64,000 nt of DNA, from the NCBI GenBank assembly GCA_963713605.1, contig CAVQMO010000010.1, positions 256,001 through 320,000 on the forward strand. Reading direction: 5' to 3'. The DNA is from an uncultured Nitrososphaerales archaeon. Lineage in GTDB: Archaea; Thermoproteota; Nitrososphaeria; Nitrososphaerales; Nitrososphaeraceae. The position numbers and the translations under genes are program-made. Below the pieces are notes generated by a model, which was not told the origin of the DNA, did not search any database, and saw nothing but the letters and a program-made list of their open reading frames with translations. Position 1 is the stretch's first letter, and each line of letters starts with the position of its first letter. Positions 20,996 to 33,188 of this stretch are shown here, piece after piece.

Positions 20996-22165
20996 CTAAA
21001 CTGCCCTATATGCATCAAAAATATTCTGTTCATAGTTCTCCCACAAAAGATTCTCTTTTGCAAACTGATACACTCCTAACCGCTTTTCATAAGTTTTTTC
21101 CATATTATCCCTGCAATCTCGAAGCCGTAATATCATATCTTCATAGTCTTCAAATGTAAGGCAGTAATCCTTAAGGATATTTTTTATTGGAACAAGTGAA
21201 GAAGTACATAGAACTACGAGACCTGCATGGGCATATTCATAGGCCTTGTTGGGACTGATATATTTATGAGACCAATGCTTTCTAAAAGGCACTATTCCAA
21301 CAGAGCTATTTTGCATTTCTTGGTACATCATATGTCGAGGGAGATAGCCTTTATATGCCACCCTGGAATTCAAAGGATCAGAATAAGAAGCATTATTTGA
21401 GGGTTCCTCATTCCCTATCATTGTTAAATTTCCAACATCATCGTATCGGTTGAATATGTCTACAAACCCTTCCATATTGCGATGAGCTATTTTGGTATTA
21501 TTTTTTGGCTCAATGCCTGCATAAACTGAAATTAACTCTTTATGAAACTTTGGAGGTTGTATATCTTTTATTTCGTTTTTCATAGGAAAATTAGGGGTGA
21601 TGAATACTTTGCCAGTGTTTCCTAATTGCCGGAGTTCTGTTGCAATATTTTCAGAAACCGTTAGTGTAGGGGTTGATGAAACTAGTTGCTTTTCCCATCT
21701 TAATCCCAATTTCAAAAATCTGTAATTCAATAATCTTAGTATTGTTTTTTGCATTAGCTTTCTAGGACTATCATTATTCCTATCAGGTTGCTCTAAGCTT
21801 GAGTTGTATGATTCGATCTGCCTTCTCACGTATGATGGCCAATATTCATGATCGTCGTATACAAAAGGGATATCAATTTCTGACACCATTTTTGCAGAGA
21901 AAACATTATGAGCATGAACGATATCTGGCCTAACCTCACGTACTATTCTCTTGAGCTGCTTTTTAACACAATACCAATAATACGGAAAAGCGCGTCGTGC
22001 TCTTGATGTCCAATTGATTTCATATATTTTTGAAAAAATGCTATTATTGGTATGAGATGGCATACCTGCAAAAAATACTTGATAATTACGATTTAGTGCA
22101 CTAATGGCTGATTTCTCTATTCTCCAATCTGGCAGCGCATAATCAGATAAATGGAGAACTCTCAA
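20996..22165 (-). CDS. Glycosyltransferase, GT-B / family 4-like
   Basis: DWRIEK, PDIVHAHN, FVYDDHEYW, SPNKAYEYAHAGL, LLWE. Confidence 0.9.
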   Translation of the reverse strand: MRVLHLSDYALPDWRIEKSAISALNRNYQVFFAGMPSHTNNSIFSKIYEINWTSRARRAFPYYWYCVKKQLKRIVREVRPDIVHAHNVFSAKMVSEIDIPFVYDDHEYWPSYVRRQIESYNSSLEQPDRNNDSPRKLMQKTILRLLNYRFLKLGLRWEKQLVSSTPTLTVSENIATELRQLGNTGKVFITPNFPMKNEIKDIQPPKFHKELISVYAGIEPKNNTKIAHRNMEGFVDIFNRYDDVGNLTMIGNEEPSNNASYSDPLNSRVAYKGYLPRHMMYQEMQNSSVGIVPFRKHWSHKYISPNKAYEYAHAGLVVLCTSSLVPIKNILKDYCLTFEDYEDMILRLRDCRDNMEKTYEKRLGVYQFAKENLLWENYEQNIFDAYRAV

Positions 22166-22382
22166 TGGTGATGTATGTTAAAACTCCGTTTTTTAACATA
22201 TCGGCAGATCAAAATGAGTGACACGAGGTTCTGATAAACAAAATCCCATCCGTACATTCTCCGGTACTTTGATATTTACGTATGCCTAATGTCCGGATAG
22301 GAATTTCTTAAAGTGAGGATGGATCTTGTTAGAGATCCCATCTATGCATTGTAGTTCCTCCGTTTTTGAATTCAGAAATGCC

Positions 22383-22474
22383 ATTTGACGGATTTGACGG
22401 GTCATTTGACACAGCATTTGACTGGTTATTTGACGCGAGGGACACAGCATTTGACGGCCGACAAATCGTTTGAA
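22383..22474 (+). repeat. Array of six exact ATTTGAC heptamers plus one degenerate copy
   Basis: Copies at 22383, 22392, 22404, 22416, 22428 and 22449; GTTTGAA at 22468. Confidence 0.95.
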
Positions 22475-22535
22475 GGCCCACTTTACAACTAGTCTAAATG
22501 TAAAAATTTAACGGTCTTAAACGTTTAGAATAGAA

Positions 22536-23858
22536 ATGCCGGCTCCAATTCCAGAAGCGATCAAATCTAAAGTTATAGAGCTGTGGCTTCTCGGCTATAG
22601 CAGAGACTCCATGGCGTCAGCCAATAACATAAGCACGGGTGCAGTGAGTAACATAGTCAAAGAGTGGGAAGATAAATTAGGAAGGGATGTAATGCGAGGT
22701 TTGAGGGAAATTGGAGTTTTAGTAGAGAGAGGGTCTTTCTCCAGCTCAATGTGCAATCGGTTTTAGAATTATGAAGATGTTTGCGGTCCAAGGACTAGAC
22801 GGAGAAGCAGTCGAGAACTTCGTATCAGACATATACAAGGAGTGCAACAGACTTGGGATTACACCTATTAACATTGTAACACACATTGAAGACCTTACAA
22901 AATTCTCAAAAGAAGAAAATGTTCGACTTCCTGAAATCAAAGTATACGTAGATAAAAAGATAGTCCAGAAGAAAGAGTTAGAGGACAGCGTAGAACAGCT
23001 TAAGATGGAGGTTGCTGCTCTGAAGGAAAATAAATCAGAGCTCGAAGAAAGCCGCGACATGATTTTGGAGCAATATAGAAGAGCTGAAGGTGAGATAAAA
23101 TCATATCTTAGTTTTAAGCAAGAATTGGAAAAGCATGGAATTTCTATGACTGTTGATATTCCCAAATTTGCAAGTACCGTCAAATCTATCGCAGAACATA
23201 GATACGACCCTAAAAAGGTACTAGAGGAATTTTTGGACATCCAATACCATCAGGAAAAACTGAGGGCATTGAAAATAGCAATTGACGAAGACCAAAAAAA
23301 TCATGAAAGACTTGACAGCCAGAATTCATCACTTCTAAAGAGTATAGGCTCACTTTCCAGAAAAGCTGATCTATATAATGAACTAGAACTTGCAGGATTT
23401 GGCATTAAGGAGCTAAAAAGATTACCTGATACGATAATGGCTATTGCAAGGTCAAATCAAATAAACCACTGGCTTGCGATCGATAAATTCTTTAATGATA
23501 TTGAAACTCAATACGATGCTAAACTAGGTTTCGAGTCAGAGAATGACAAGCTGGTCACAGAGATAAAGATGCTCGAAGAGGAACGAAAGAAGAACTTGGA
23601 GAATCTTAGGAATCAACCTTTTATAGGTCCTATTGTTATGGGACTTCTTAACCTCGGTTTAAACGAGACCGATATCTTGGAGTGTGCAAAGATATTTTCA
23701 GTATTTGGAAGAGCTCTTATCCCATAAAAGATATAGCCCTTAGCATGATAAAGGCCGTAGAAAAGATGGCGTCCAGCCGTACTAGTAGTGAAGACAAAAC
23801 AATCGAGATTCTAGGAAGGGCGAGAGAGGAATTGTCAAGATTAGATTTATCCCAGTAG
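22536..23858 (+). pseudogene. N-terminal HTH plus long coiled-coil protein (multicopy family); frameshifts near 22725 and 23700
   Basis: MPAPIPEAIKSKVIELWLLGYSRDSMASANNISTGAVSNIVKEW joins REGLSPAQCAIGFRIMKM..., and ends SIWKSSYPIKDIAL...REELSRLDLSQ* in a further frame. Confidence 0.8.
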
Positions 23859-24137
23859 TTGGTTGGTTTACTGATTCCATTATTTATACTTCTGCTCCTC
23901 TTGGATATCTATATCGGCTTTTTCCTAATGCTAGTACGGGTGAATCCAGATGAATTAAGGACGCTATCCCCTTTGATTCTTTGAACCATCGCAATATCTG
24001 CCTTATATAAAGCCAGTGAGTAGACCGTTCAATTATATTTGATATCAGATCATTTGGACTAGCTTCAATAACCGTTTTGTCGCTACAGATTTTGAGAATC
24101 GCATCAAGTATTGGAACAGCAATTATTCTATTAATGA

Positions 24138-24446
24138 CTAACGATCTTCTTTTTTGTCTGCAGCAACTTCTATTGTCTTCTGCTTTTCCTTGTTCAGTTC
24201 ATCAAGTGTCATGGTTTCTGCAGAGGTTATAATATTGCCGTTCTTCTCGAAGTCTTCTTGTATAGATAAGACCGCGTACTGCGAATTTTTCAAGATTTCA
24301 ATAACCGAGTTGTCGTTAGAAGGCAGTTGAAGTTCTAACTCTTCTAATGGAACCACGGAACCGTAATCGTCAATGTCGAGCCTAGTGACACTAATCATTT
24401 TATTGTTATTGTGAACGCCATTTACTTTAACTAGCATAATCCACAT
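24138..24446 (-). CDS. Hypothetical acidic protein
   Basis: Clean 102-aa ATG ORF. Confidence 0.7.
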   Translation of the reverse strand: MWIMLVKVNGVHNNNKMISVTRLDIDDYGSVVPLEELELQLPSNDNSVIEILKNSQYAVLSIQEDFEKNGNIITSAETMTLDELNKEKQKTIEVAADKKEDR

Positions 24447-25573
24447 TTCAATAAGAACATAATCAAACTATTATGCGTTAAGGTAATGACGATAACTGAT
24501 AATACCTTGGTTTTGAGTAATTCGTCATTATTTCCTGATTTTTTTGATTCTTACTTTCTCGAATTCCTATCCATCACACACACTAGGACAACCATTACTG
24601 TAAACAATTAACTTGTATTAGATTGTTTTAATAGCATAGCATATTGATTGTTATACTTTTACTAAGCGTATATACAAAATTAGCCCAAATACTTTCGTTA
24701 ATTACTAGAGAGCCTTGACTCGTGACGGACAGCATAGACATTGATACAATCGACTGGAGTATTCTCTGCGAAGAACTTACATATTTTGCAAGAATTCGAT
24801 CTGCCTCAGAATGCATTTTTCTTGTGTGTTTATCTGATAGTACTACTATTAGTTTGAAAGTCGTTCGTCTCGATGTATAAAAAGAAAGATGTAATAATAA
24901 CCTCGTCATTTTAAACAATACGAATAGAAAAGGAATCTGTAAAAACTGTGGTGAAGATATTGGTCAAGATAGCGATTCTGATATGTTTTGTTCGGAACAA
25001 TGTGGAGTTGAATATCAAATGGAACATGACAGAAAATAGTGACATGTTCGTTACGTTATGCAATACTTATTCTGGTCCGCTACTGATATACTCACCTAAA
25101 GGCTTTCAGACCATTGACGCTTTGAATGTCATTCTCGGCCTCCAAAATAAAGTTGCATTCATCTACCACATATCACATACCATAATCCCCGATCACGCAC
25201 ATATTCGCAAATCATGGGATGATACGTTACTATCCCGTATGACTTACGATCATCATCTATGAGCTCATATCTTTTCATCAAATGTCTCTCAATTATGGCG
25301 TATCATCTTCTTAGTATACATTTTTTACATTTTTTTAAAATTGCCGATCGGATAATGTGGATGGTAATAATAGATAATAGTATGACACGAAGATAATACT
25401 AAGACGCTATTTTTTATCTGGTGCACAGGGTTAGAAAAAAGTAATGCAAGTATGCAGGACTAAGGTCTAGGAAGGGAGAACAAAGCGTCTGTTTATTTAC
25501 TCGATACTTTATCAGCCTTTAAGTAGATGAGTAGCTTAAGGGCATTACAAATATGAGAGCAAATTCCTCATAT

Positions 25574-25681
25574 CTATGCCTTTATCTTGTTTCTTTTACG
25601 CCTTTCAGCTTTCGCATACTTTTTGCTTGCTGATCTCCGTTCTGTGTATGCCGTAGTTTTAGTTCCTTTCCGGTGAATCAT
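25574..25681 (-). CDS. Candidate 35-aa highly basic microprotein
   Basis: MIHRKGTKTTAYTERRSASKKYAKAERRKRNKIKA*; AT-rich GATATAT box ~25 nt upstream. Confidence 0.45.
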   Translation of the reverse strand: MIHRKGTKTTAYTERRSASKKYAKAERRKRNKIKA

Positions 25682-26701
25682 TATTCGAATCAGTAGGACT
25701 AGAGATATATCTGTGTCGCTATATCTAAACAGTAGCTATATCTAATCATATTGTGGAATTAATCGACTATATGTCTCGTTTACTCAAGTTTCCCTTATGT
25801 GCTCAATAAAAATAGGCTTTCTGGTCAAATTATCTGTTTCATGTATATAACAAACATCATAATACAACAATCATTGCGGGATGTCCTCGAAACTGTAACA
25901 ATATCATTGTCATATTGATGCATCTGTTCATACGGTAAGTCTGTGAGATAGACAGTCTTCAAGACTATCCCTTTAGATATTGTTCATTTGAGCTAGTATT
26001 ATTACTAGTGTTTCATCCCCATTACTGGCGTTCTTCTTAAATCCCTATGGGAAGTCGCGCAATAGCCACAAAAATCCTGAATATTGCCTTTAGTATGACA
26101 CATACACTCACATCTACTACCTATTGAAAAATTATTCCTTCGTTTCAATTATTAGAATCAATGTACAGTCGGTACGAGCCATTATAATAGCATTACTATA
26201 TGGCAGGATTTAAATCTAATTAGATAACACTAAGAAACATAAGTGAGATCCTTATATCGAGTCACAATCATTAATTGACTTGTAATAATATTCTTCAATA
26301 TGGATCTACTATAAGCTATATAAGCAATGTAGTATGAGATTCATGAGGAGTTTTTGGACGTAGGATCCATATACTTAAGTACTTAGATGGCATACCTTGT
26401 ATATAGAGGAAAAAGGTTGTGTTGTATGCCGTGATAACGACAGTAGGGATGTTTGTTAACGTCTGACATTGTTTCTAAGAACGGTGTACGAATGGCTTCA
26501 ATCTGGATAAGATTTGCCAAGCTAATTGACAGTTGCCTTAGATTTGCAAATTAACATTCAAGATCCTTATTGACCGAAACACCCTGACTAATTTAGTAGT
26601 TCACTTAATACGGATCGTCTCAGCACCAGGACATACTAACCGTGTTAACATATATGTTAGTCTAACCATATAATACTCTATATGTTGTGTGATAATCTTT
26701 C

Positions 26702-27028
26702 TTGACACAGAACAGTTTTCCACTAAGACAATGGCATGAAGAGCATATGGAAAAAATAGTTTTAAAGTTTGTAACGGGACTTTCTCCAAATGCTACTGCT
26801 TGGGAGAAAAAGATCTTTAAGCGTTATGGTAAACTAGCCAATGTTTGCAGACAAATAAACTATGACATCAAACAGGGAGCTACAAACGATCAGGTTCTTT
26901 TGTTTTTACAGAAGATTAGAAATGATTCTTCCTTTTCTGTTCTTAGAGCGATTAATGGTTCTCTGGATAGATTAGAGATATTAGAGAACGAATTTCTTCC
27001 AGACAAAAAGACATACCACTGGTATTAA
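26702..27028 (+). CDS. Hypothetical protein, paralogue of 29409..29771
   Basis: Shared MTQNSFPL..WHEEHMEK...KRYGK...INYDIK.GA motif; both copies start with TTG. Confidence 0.85.
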   Translation: MTQNSFPLRQWHEEHMEKIVLKFVTGLSPNATAWEKKIFKRYGKLANVCRQINYDIKQGATNDQVLLFLQKIRNDSSFSVLRAINGSLDRLEILENEFLPDKKTYHWY

Positions 27029-27176
27029 CTGTAGACTTGAGGGTTGATGTATTTTTGGATATATACGATAATTTCAGATGTATTTACAATAGCGAATGTT
27101 AGTGTGAGTTCCCAATGTGAATTTGGGGGCGCAGCAAGTTATGGTGTTAATCTGATAATCGTCGATCTATATCTAT

Positions 27177-28154
27177 TTAGTTATTTCCCTTTATTCCGTT
27201 TGCAACTAGTACAGAGTAGCAACCAAGTCCACAGCGTTCGCATATTGGCTTTAATCCATTTTTGGTATCAGAGCTTCCAATACAACATGGCTGCTTAACT
27301 CGTCCCAAGTGATCCAAAGACAGGATTGCCCATGAAGGACACTGTACAGGTGTCTTACCTGTACCTCCCCAATTACCTCTCATCAACGATAATTGTTTCT
27401 CTCCATTTACTACAAACTTAGGAAATCGTTTCCTCAAATCAACTAGATTATCTACTACTTTGTCTCGTTTATCTCCAAAAGGCAACCACAATGAGTCATC
27501 TTTGATAAACGGGGTATGAAATTGGAACGCTATTTTGTGTACTGTCCCGTGCCATTCTTCTACCAAATCGATAACAGTATGATAATTTAATGAATTGATA
27601 GTCATTGCTATCCATATGTCTTTCCATGCTGGTTTGCCTCGATTTTTTGGTCCATCGATATAATCTAGGATATTCTGCTTGGTTTTTGCATATGTCCCCT
27701 TCCCTCTAATATTATCGTGAATTCTTTCGGTACCATCAATAGAGACCCAATAAAAGTATAGATTCTTGAATCTTTTCAATGGGTAAGTAGCATTCGTTAC
27801 TACACAAACTCGTCTGGGCATTTCATCACAAAAGACTTCAATAAGGTCAGGCCGAAGTGTTGGTTCTCCCCCAACCAATGTTATTATAGGGATTCTTAGT
27901 TTCTTGAAGGTATTTCTTATTATCTTTCTCCACTCTTCAGAACTCATTCCATCATTTTCACTATTTTTTCTGTTTAACCACCAATAGCAATGTGTGCAAT
28001 GCAGATTGCAGACGTTTATGATGTCTGCTGAACCAAATAGGGCTGGTTTTGCATGGAGTAGTTTGATACTTGCATATTTGGCAAAAATGTTAAAACCAAT
28101 AGACATCCCACGAGTCAGATCAGTTATTCTACTGTGATAAAATAGATTAACCAT
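27177..28154 (-). CDS. Radical SAM protein with Cys-rich C-terminal extension
   Basis: CNLHCTHC, GGEPTLR, VTNAT, VSIDG...HDNIRGKGTY; C-terminal C...PCC...CERCGLGC. Confidence 0.95.
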   Translation of the reverse strand: MVNLFYHSRITDLTRGMSIGFNIFAKYASIKLLHAKPALFGSADIINVCNLHCTHCYWWLNRKNSENDGMSSEEWRKIIRNTFKKLRIPIITLVGGEPTLRPDLIEVFCDEMPRRVCVVTNATYPLKRFKNLYFYWVSIDGTERIHDNIRGKGTYAKTKQNILDYIDGPKNRGKPAWKDIWIAMTINSLNYHTVIDLVEEWHGTVHKIAFQFHTPFIKDDSLWLPFGDKRDKVVDNLVDLRKRFPKFVVNGEKQLSLMRGNWGGTGKTPVQCPSWAILSLDHLGRVKQPCCIGSSDTKNGLKPICERCGLGCYSVLVANGIKGNN

Positions 28155-28756
28155 GGATTACTATTGATATGGGAAAAAGAGTCCTGCTTATTAAGCCTAA
28201 ACCATGTGGTCGATGAATTTTCAATCTGGTTACAGCTAAACCTAATGATTCCCAGCTGATTTATGACGGACGCAATAATAATATCAAATCTGTAGCAGGT
28301 CAATCTGACACGCCACATAATAATACTAGTCAAGCGTTTCAACAATAACTCTGACCCTTTTTCCAACCATTGAAGTTGGGATTAATAATATGTGATGAAG
28401 TACCACATTTTCTTACAGTATACTTGAATGTTATAGAGGCAATTTTTCGATTCTTTTGTAGCATATCATTTTAGGTATGAATGTCTGCCGTGATTATAGA
28501 GGAATCTGCTTCTTGTGCTCTTGTCATTTTAGTTAAGTGATGCCTTCCAGGAAAGTATTGAGAATATAATTTCCCCCAATCATAGCCTTTAGATTGTAAA
28601 TCCCAAAACCAGTCTTAGCCCATAAAGCTATGGGAATAATTACACCTAGATTATTTCCTATATTTTTGCTAAGGTCAGATAAGTCTATGACGCCGTCATC
28701 ACATCTGGTCAAAATTGAAACTGTATATCATGATAATGGTGGGTAGTTGAATAATT

Positions 28757-28990
28757 CCCACGATAGACGACAACCGAGGCTTTAATATTAACTCACTATT
28801 CGGTCTGGAACTAGCAAAGTATATCATGTTAAGGTTTGTGAACTACCACGACAGTATTGAGAAAATAGCGGAGATCTTTGATAATGATAAACAATTGATT
28901 TCAGAAGTAGTTAAGTTTCTTAACGATATACGTTGGATTAAACCGGACATAAATATAAAATTACACCTAAAGGCGAAAATAATCTGATAT
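28757..28990 (+). pseudogene. Winged-helix-like remnant
   Basis: IEKIAEIFDNDKQLISEVVKFLNDIRWIK / KYKITPKG across a frameshift. Confidence 0.4.
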
Positions 28991-29408
28991 CGCACCAAAA
29001 ACCATTGGTTAATTTAGGTAGGTAAGGAGGCGGCTAAACTAAGTATAAATGAGCGTCTTGATGGTCAACTTCTGATATCTACTCGTCATATAATACAAAT
29101 TATACAGTAATTTGATAAATGGTGCTAGGTAGTTATTACATAATTATGAAATAATAGTATAACTGGATGTCATGGAAAGTTGTTTTTATCATCAAAACTG
29201 AAGATCAACATAAAGTTTGTGATGCACCAATTTTATGCTCATTTTTGCGAAAAAAATCCTCTATCAGTTAGGAAAACAATGACTACATAGCATGCATACA
29301 TAATCTAATATTGAGAATTGCATTCTAGTCTTCTGATGAAATAGTAAGGAACTAAGAATTTTATAAGGTTATATATGTTTGTCACATGTACCTATATAGA
29401 TAAAATTT

Positions 29409-29771
29409 TTGACCCAAAATAGTTTCCCGTTAATAAAATGGCACGAAGAACATATGGAAAAGTTGATCATGAGGTATGTAATAGGACTTCCAGTAGACGC
29501 GTCCAATTGGCAAAAACGAATGAACAAGAGGTATGGAAAGATATCAAATATAGTTAAAAATATCAATTACGACATAAAGCATGGCGCAAATAAGGAGCAG
29601 GTAATATCGCTATTCTCAAGAATTCGTGAAGACTCATTCTTCCATGATCTCCAGATAAACAAAGAGTCGATGGATCGACTTGACAGTCTGGAAAGGGAAT
29701 TAAATATATCTCCACATACACATAGCATTAGAGCAGTATTGCAATCGCTCTCAAGTAATGCAGACAGCTAA
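29409..29771 (+). CDS. Hypothetical protein, paralogue of 26702..27028
   Basis: Full-length similarity to the 26702 ORF. Confidence 0.85.
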   Translation: MTQNSFPLIKWHEEHMEKLIMRYVIGLPVDASNWQKRMNKRYGKISNIVKNINYDIKHGANKEQVISLFSRIREDSFFHDLQINKESMDRLDSLERELNISPHTHSIRAVLQSLSSNADS

Positions 29772-30060
29772 TTCGGATTACATTCGTAAACAATCACTTC
29801 CTGAGAGCAAATAAAAAATAGAAAAACTGGGTGGGGGTACAAATTTAGGTACTCGGACACACAGATGGATGACAATCTAATTTTTTCATCATCTTCAGCA
29901 AAAAAGGAGTTATAAGCATTGGACTTCAAGATACTGTCGTTGATGACCTTTAGCCCAGCAAATAAACAGAACGATAACGATTAGTTCAATAAAGCCTTCG
30001 ATAAACTAATTGTTTAACAGTGAAAAACTTTTGTCTCATGTTAAGTTTATACAATGCTCT

Positions 30061-30801
30061 TTAATCGAAAATCTTTTTACGTGCGACACGTTCCCCTTCC
30101 AAAAGAATGCTTTGATATTGTATACTCCTTTCTAAATAACGATTAGTTCTGAGATCATCATCATTATATAAGGTTATACCATGAATCTCAGAAGAGTATT
30201 TTCCAGTCGTAAAATTTCTTGTTGGATTGTCAATATCCACCAAGTTACAATGGATGGACTGATATCTTAGCCTTCCTGGTTTGTAGAATATTCGTTCTAT
30301 GTACCTTTCTCTAATGCAATTTGGTTTTTCGAAATGCTTCTCAAAAATCTTAACTCCATAAACGTCGGGACTATCTCCATCACGACGATCACTATTTATC
30401 TTTGAATTGCTTAATTTATCCAGATTAAATAGAAACTCCTCCTCATTTATGAGAGCGAACTCGTCAGAGTCAATGACTAGAAGGAAGTCTATATTCTTAT
30501 CGCCGGCAAATTCGAGATACTTATTTCTTTTCTCCATCTCTGTAAGGTTAGGGTAGCAGGAATATGCTGAATTGGAAAATGATTCTACCACATATCTTGA
30601 ATTATCTATGCTAATATCATGGTCATCTTCGAAATATCTAAATTTTCCATCAATGACAATCATGAGGTCAACGAATTCATGAATGGAATTCATGCATCGA
30701 CGTAGTCCTCTTTCATCATCAAATGATACGATTCCAGCGGCAATTCTCCTATTTTCTTTCAACTTATCTATAACCGATCCAAGGGAAATGTAGATCACCA
30801 C
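30061..30801 (-). CDS. GT-A fold (family 2-like) glycosyltransferase
   Basis: GLRRCMNSI, MIVIDGKF, SIDNS, EKRNKYL, FLLVIDSDE. Confidence 0.85.
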   Translation of the reverse strand: MVIYISLGSVIDKLKENRRIAAGIVSFDDERGLRRCMNSIHEFVDLMIVIDGKFRYFEDDHDISIDNSRYVVESFSNSAYSCYPNLTEMEKRNKYLEFAGDKNIDFLLVIDSDEFALINEEEFLFNLDKLSNSKINSDRRDGDSPDVYGVKIFEKHFEKPNCIRERYIERIFYKPGRLRYQSIHCNLVDIDNPTRNFTTGKYSSEIHGITLYNDDDLRTNRYLERSIQYQSILLEGERVARKKIFD

Positions 30802-30832
30802 TTATATGAGGATATGGCCAAGGGGATGACTA

Positions 30833-31063
30833 GTGGCATGCAAAGGTATCTGTGTTAATCATAGAGCGTTGAGACCTCATGGGGCTGATATCAGCAGATA
30901 TGCCAAAGGACAAAAGAGGTGTCAGATTTGCTGTGTGTTTGTCATATGGGGTGGCCTGCACTGCCCTTGTTGTGGAACTAGACTTAGACTAAAACCGCGA
31001 ATTATGAGGTTAAAGCAGAGGTTAAATGCTAACCTTCATAAAGATATAACGAAACGGTACTAA
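30833..31063 (+). CDS. Small Cys-rich Zn-finger protein
   Basis: CKGIC...RY..GQKRCQIC...W.G..CPCCG.RLR.KPR. Confidence 0.85.
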   Translation: MACKGICVNHRALRPHGADISRYAKGQKRCQICCVFVIWGGLHCPCCGTRLRLKPRIMRLKQRLNANLHKDITKRY

Positions 31064-32070
31064 TAATAATACACCATCGTTGGCAAATCCTTTACTGCCA
31101 GAGAAATATACCCTCAATTGGCGTATCTCATTTCACTGATGGTCACCATACAATTGCGTGTCTCAATCCTGTGTCATTGTGATGACGTTAACAGTTGCCA
31201 AATACCATCACCAAAAGCGGGAATACAAGACTTCTTAAGTAATGCTTGCTAAATAATAATAATGTCATATTTTCGATCAAGTTCACGGGACGGACCATCG
31301 AATCCTAAGAATGGATATCAGAGAGTAGTAACAAATTATGAGGGGATCAGCCACCTACAAGTTTTTATGAATGGGAGCTGGAGGCATGATTATAGGTGTA
31401 AAGAGCATACTAACAAGGATTGCAGGACGAAATAGGTATCTAGCTTGCCAAGGCTAACAGCAAACTGAATACTACCTCTACCTCCAAACTGAAACTTTTT
31501 TCAATTAAATGGAAGATTCCTTCCTCAGAAAAGGTTATGCTTCATAGGTATCTTCCTCGGTTCAAGAAATAACATGGAAGAAACCGTTAAGATTTGCTCA
31601 ATTTGCAAAAGTTATGCAGATGCTTTTAGATGATCAGATTGGGATTTGGTAGATGTTTAAACGCTTCCTTATACAATAACATTGCAGGTAACTCATGAAA
31701 CTGTACTTACTTCTATAACGTTTACAAGCCGTGGTAATTGTAACCAATATTGATATTATATATATGGTAGCAGGTAGATCTTAAATATAGTAAAGTAAAC
31801 TATTTGTATTTTTCAGTATTCAAGATCATTCGTTTACCTTTTGGATTTAGAACTTACCGACTCACAACTTCAAAACTTGGAAAAGGAGATCCTTCCTTCA
31901 TTGCTGAAAAAGTCAATTTGTTAACACCCCTTGTGTGATCATAAATGAGACCTTTCCCACTAGATCGGGCACATGAAGCCTATGAGCTATTGATTGAGCG
32001 GTAAGGCATGGTTTACAGTTGTCCTTTCAATTGGGCTTAGGACATAGAAACCTCTAAAACCAGTTAGTTA

Positions 32071-32364
32071 CTAGCTTAACCTTATTATTTCGTCCCATGT
32101 TCCCGTTGCAGAAAGCATATAATATTTACTGTGACTCCCATGCTCAAACTGTATTACGTCTCCAGCAGTTATCTGAACTCCAAATAAATTGATTAGAAAC
32201 TGTAAAAAACTAGGCCCTGCCACGATGCTCTTGGATTCCTTCTCCAGAGGTTTATCATAAAATTTTTGTAAACCATTCTCTAGACCTGATTCACTAATTG
32301 CCTCTACTAGCTGGGAAAGATCCATATGTGTTGAGTTTCTCTTGTATATTCTGAGGAAAGCCAT
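32071..32364 (-). CDS. Hypothetical protein
   Basis: 97-aa ORF with TTTTATATA box upstream; 3' half duplicated in frame at 39882..40038. Confidence 0.8.
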   Translation of the reverse strand: MAFLRIYKRNSTHMDLSQLVEAISESGLENGLQKFYDKPLEKESKSIVAGPSFLQFLINLFGVQITAGDVIQFEHGSHSKYYMLSATGTWDEIIRLS

Positions 32365-33188
32365 TTCTCAGTAATATCTTCGGCATTCGTGTATATAAAA
32401 GGAAGTAATACCCCCTAAGAGTGATCAATACTACAGAATCTCTAGTGAGGGACTCACAAATATGATAATATGACTAACTTGGTAGTTATTCTGTTAAAGA
32501 TGAATGTCTAATTTCTCTGTCAGTTGGAAACTGCGCTCTATCAATACATATTTCAACTGCGAGTCCGGCTTTTGGGGGCTAATATTTTTCCTGGTGCATT
32601 AGTAGTCTTTACACCACAGAGGTTAATAGTCTTTACAACATTGATTAGAGCCGAAACCTAATACACCTAAATTTTTACTTGAATAGCTGACTCCGCTCAC
32701 AAGGTTATTAAACTCTTTATTACGTGATTTACATTTTATATACATACTTTAGCTATGTTCGGTTTCCTCTAGGTAGCTATATTAACTTTCAGTTACAATT
32801 ACAAAGATTCCAGCACAATACCCGTGTTCTGGACATTTTCAATCTCTAAACCATGAAGCATACCAAAAACATGATTTGCATATTGGAAAATACTTGTACT
32901 TATTTTCAAGTTATCAGGATCTGCAAGTCGCTTTCGTTTTTTTTGTAAGTTTTATTGTGACTATCAATTCTCAAATCTTACTTCAGAAAAATTCGCAACG
33001 GGATGGATCTCACTCAGAAGTATAATTTATCTGATGTGGATATCATTGCTTAAGTATGATATGATGTGGATATCATTGGTTTGTCATCTCTTGCGATCAA
33101 GATATGATACATGAAAGGTAAATTGACATTCCTAAATAATTAGGCGTCACAGGAAGCATCTAATAGGGCTAAAAACAAGAAGTCTGTA

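Noticed and set aside
22383..22474. Repeat array as a CRISPR
   Set aside because: Units are 7 bp with 2-14 bp spacers, and there are no cas genes.
24628..25262. ORFs 24628..24918 and 24948..25262
   Set aside because: No recognisable motifs, non-ATG starts and atypical composition; likely spurious.
33032..33078. 17-bp direct repeat TGATGTGGATATCATTG at 30-bp period
   Set aside because: Only two copies; most likely a local slippage duplication.
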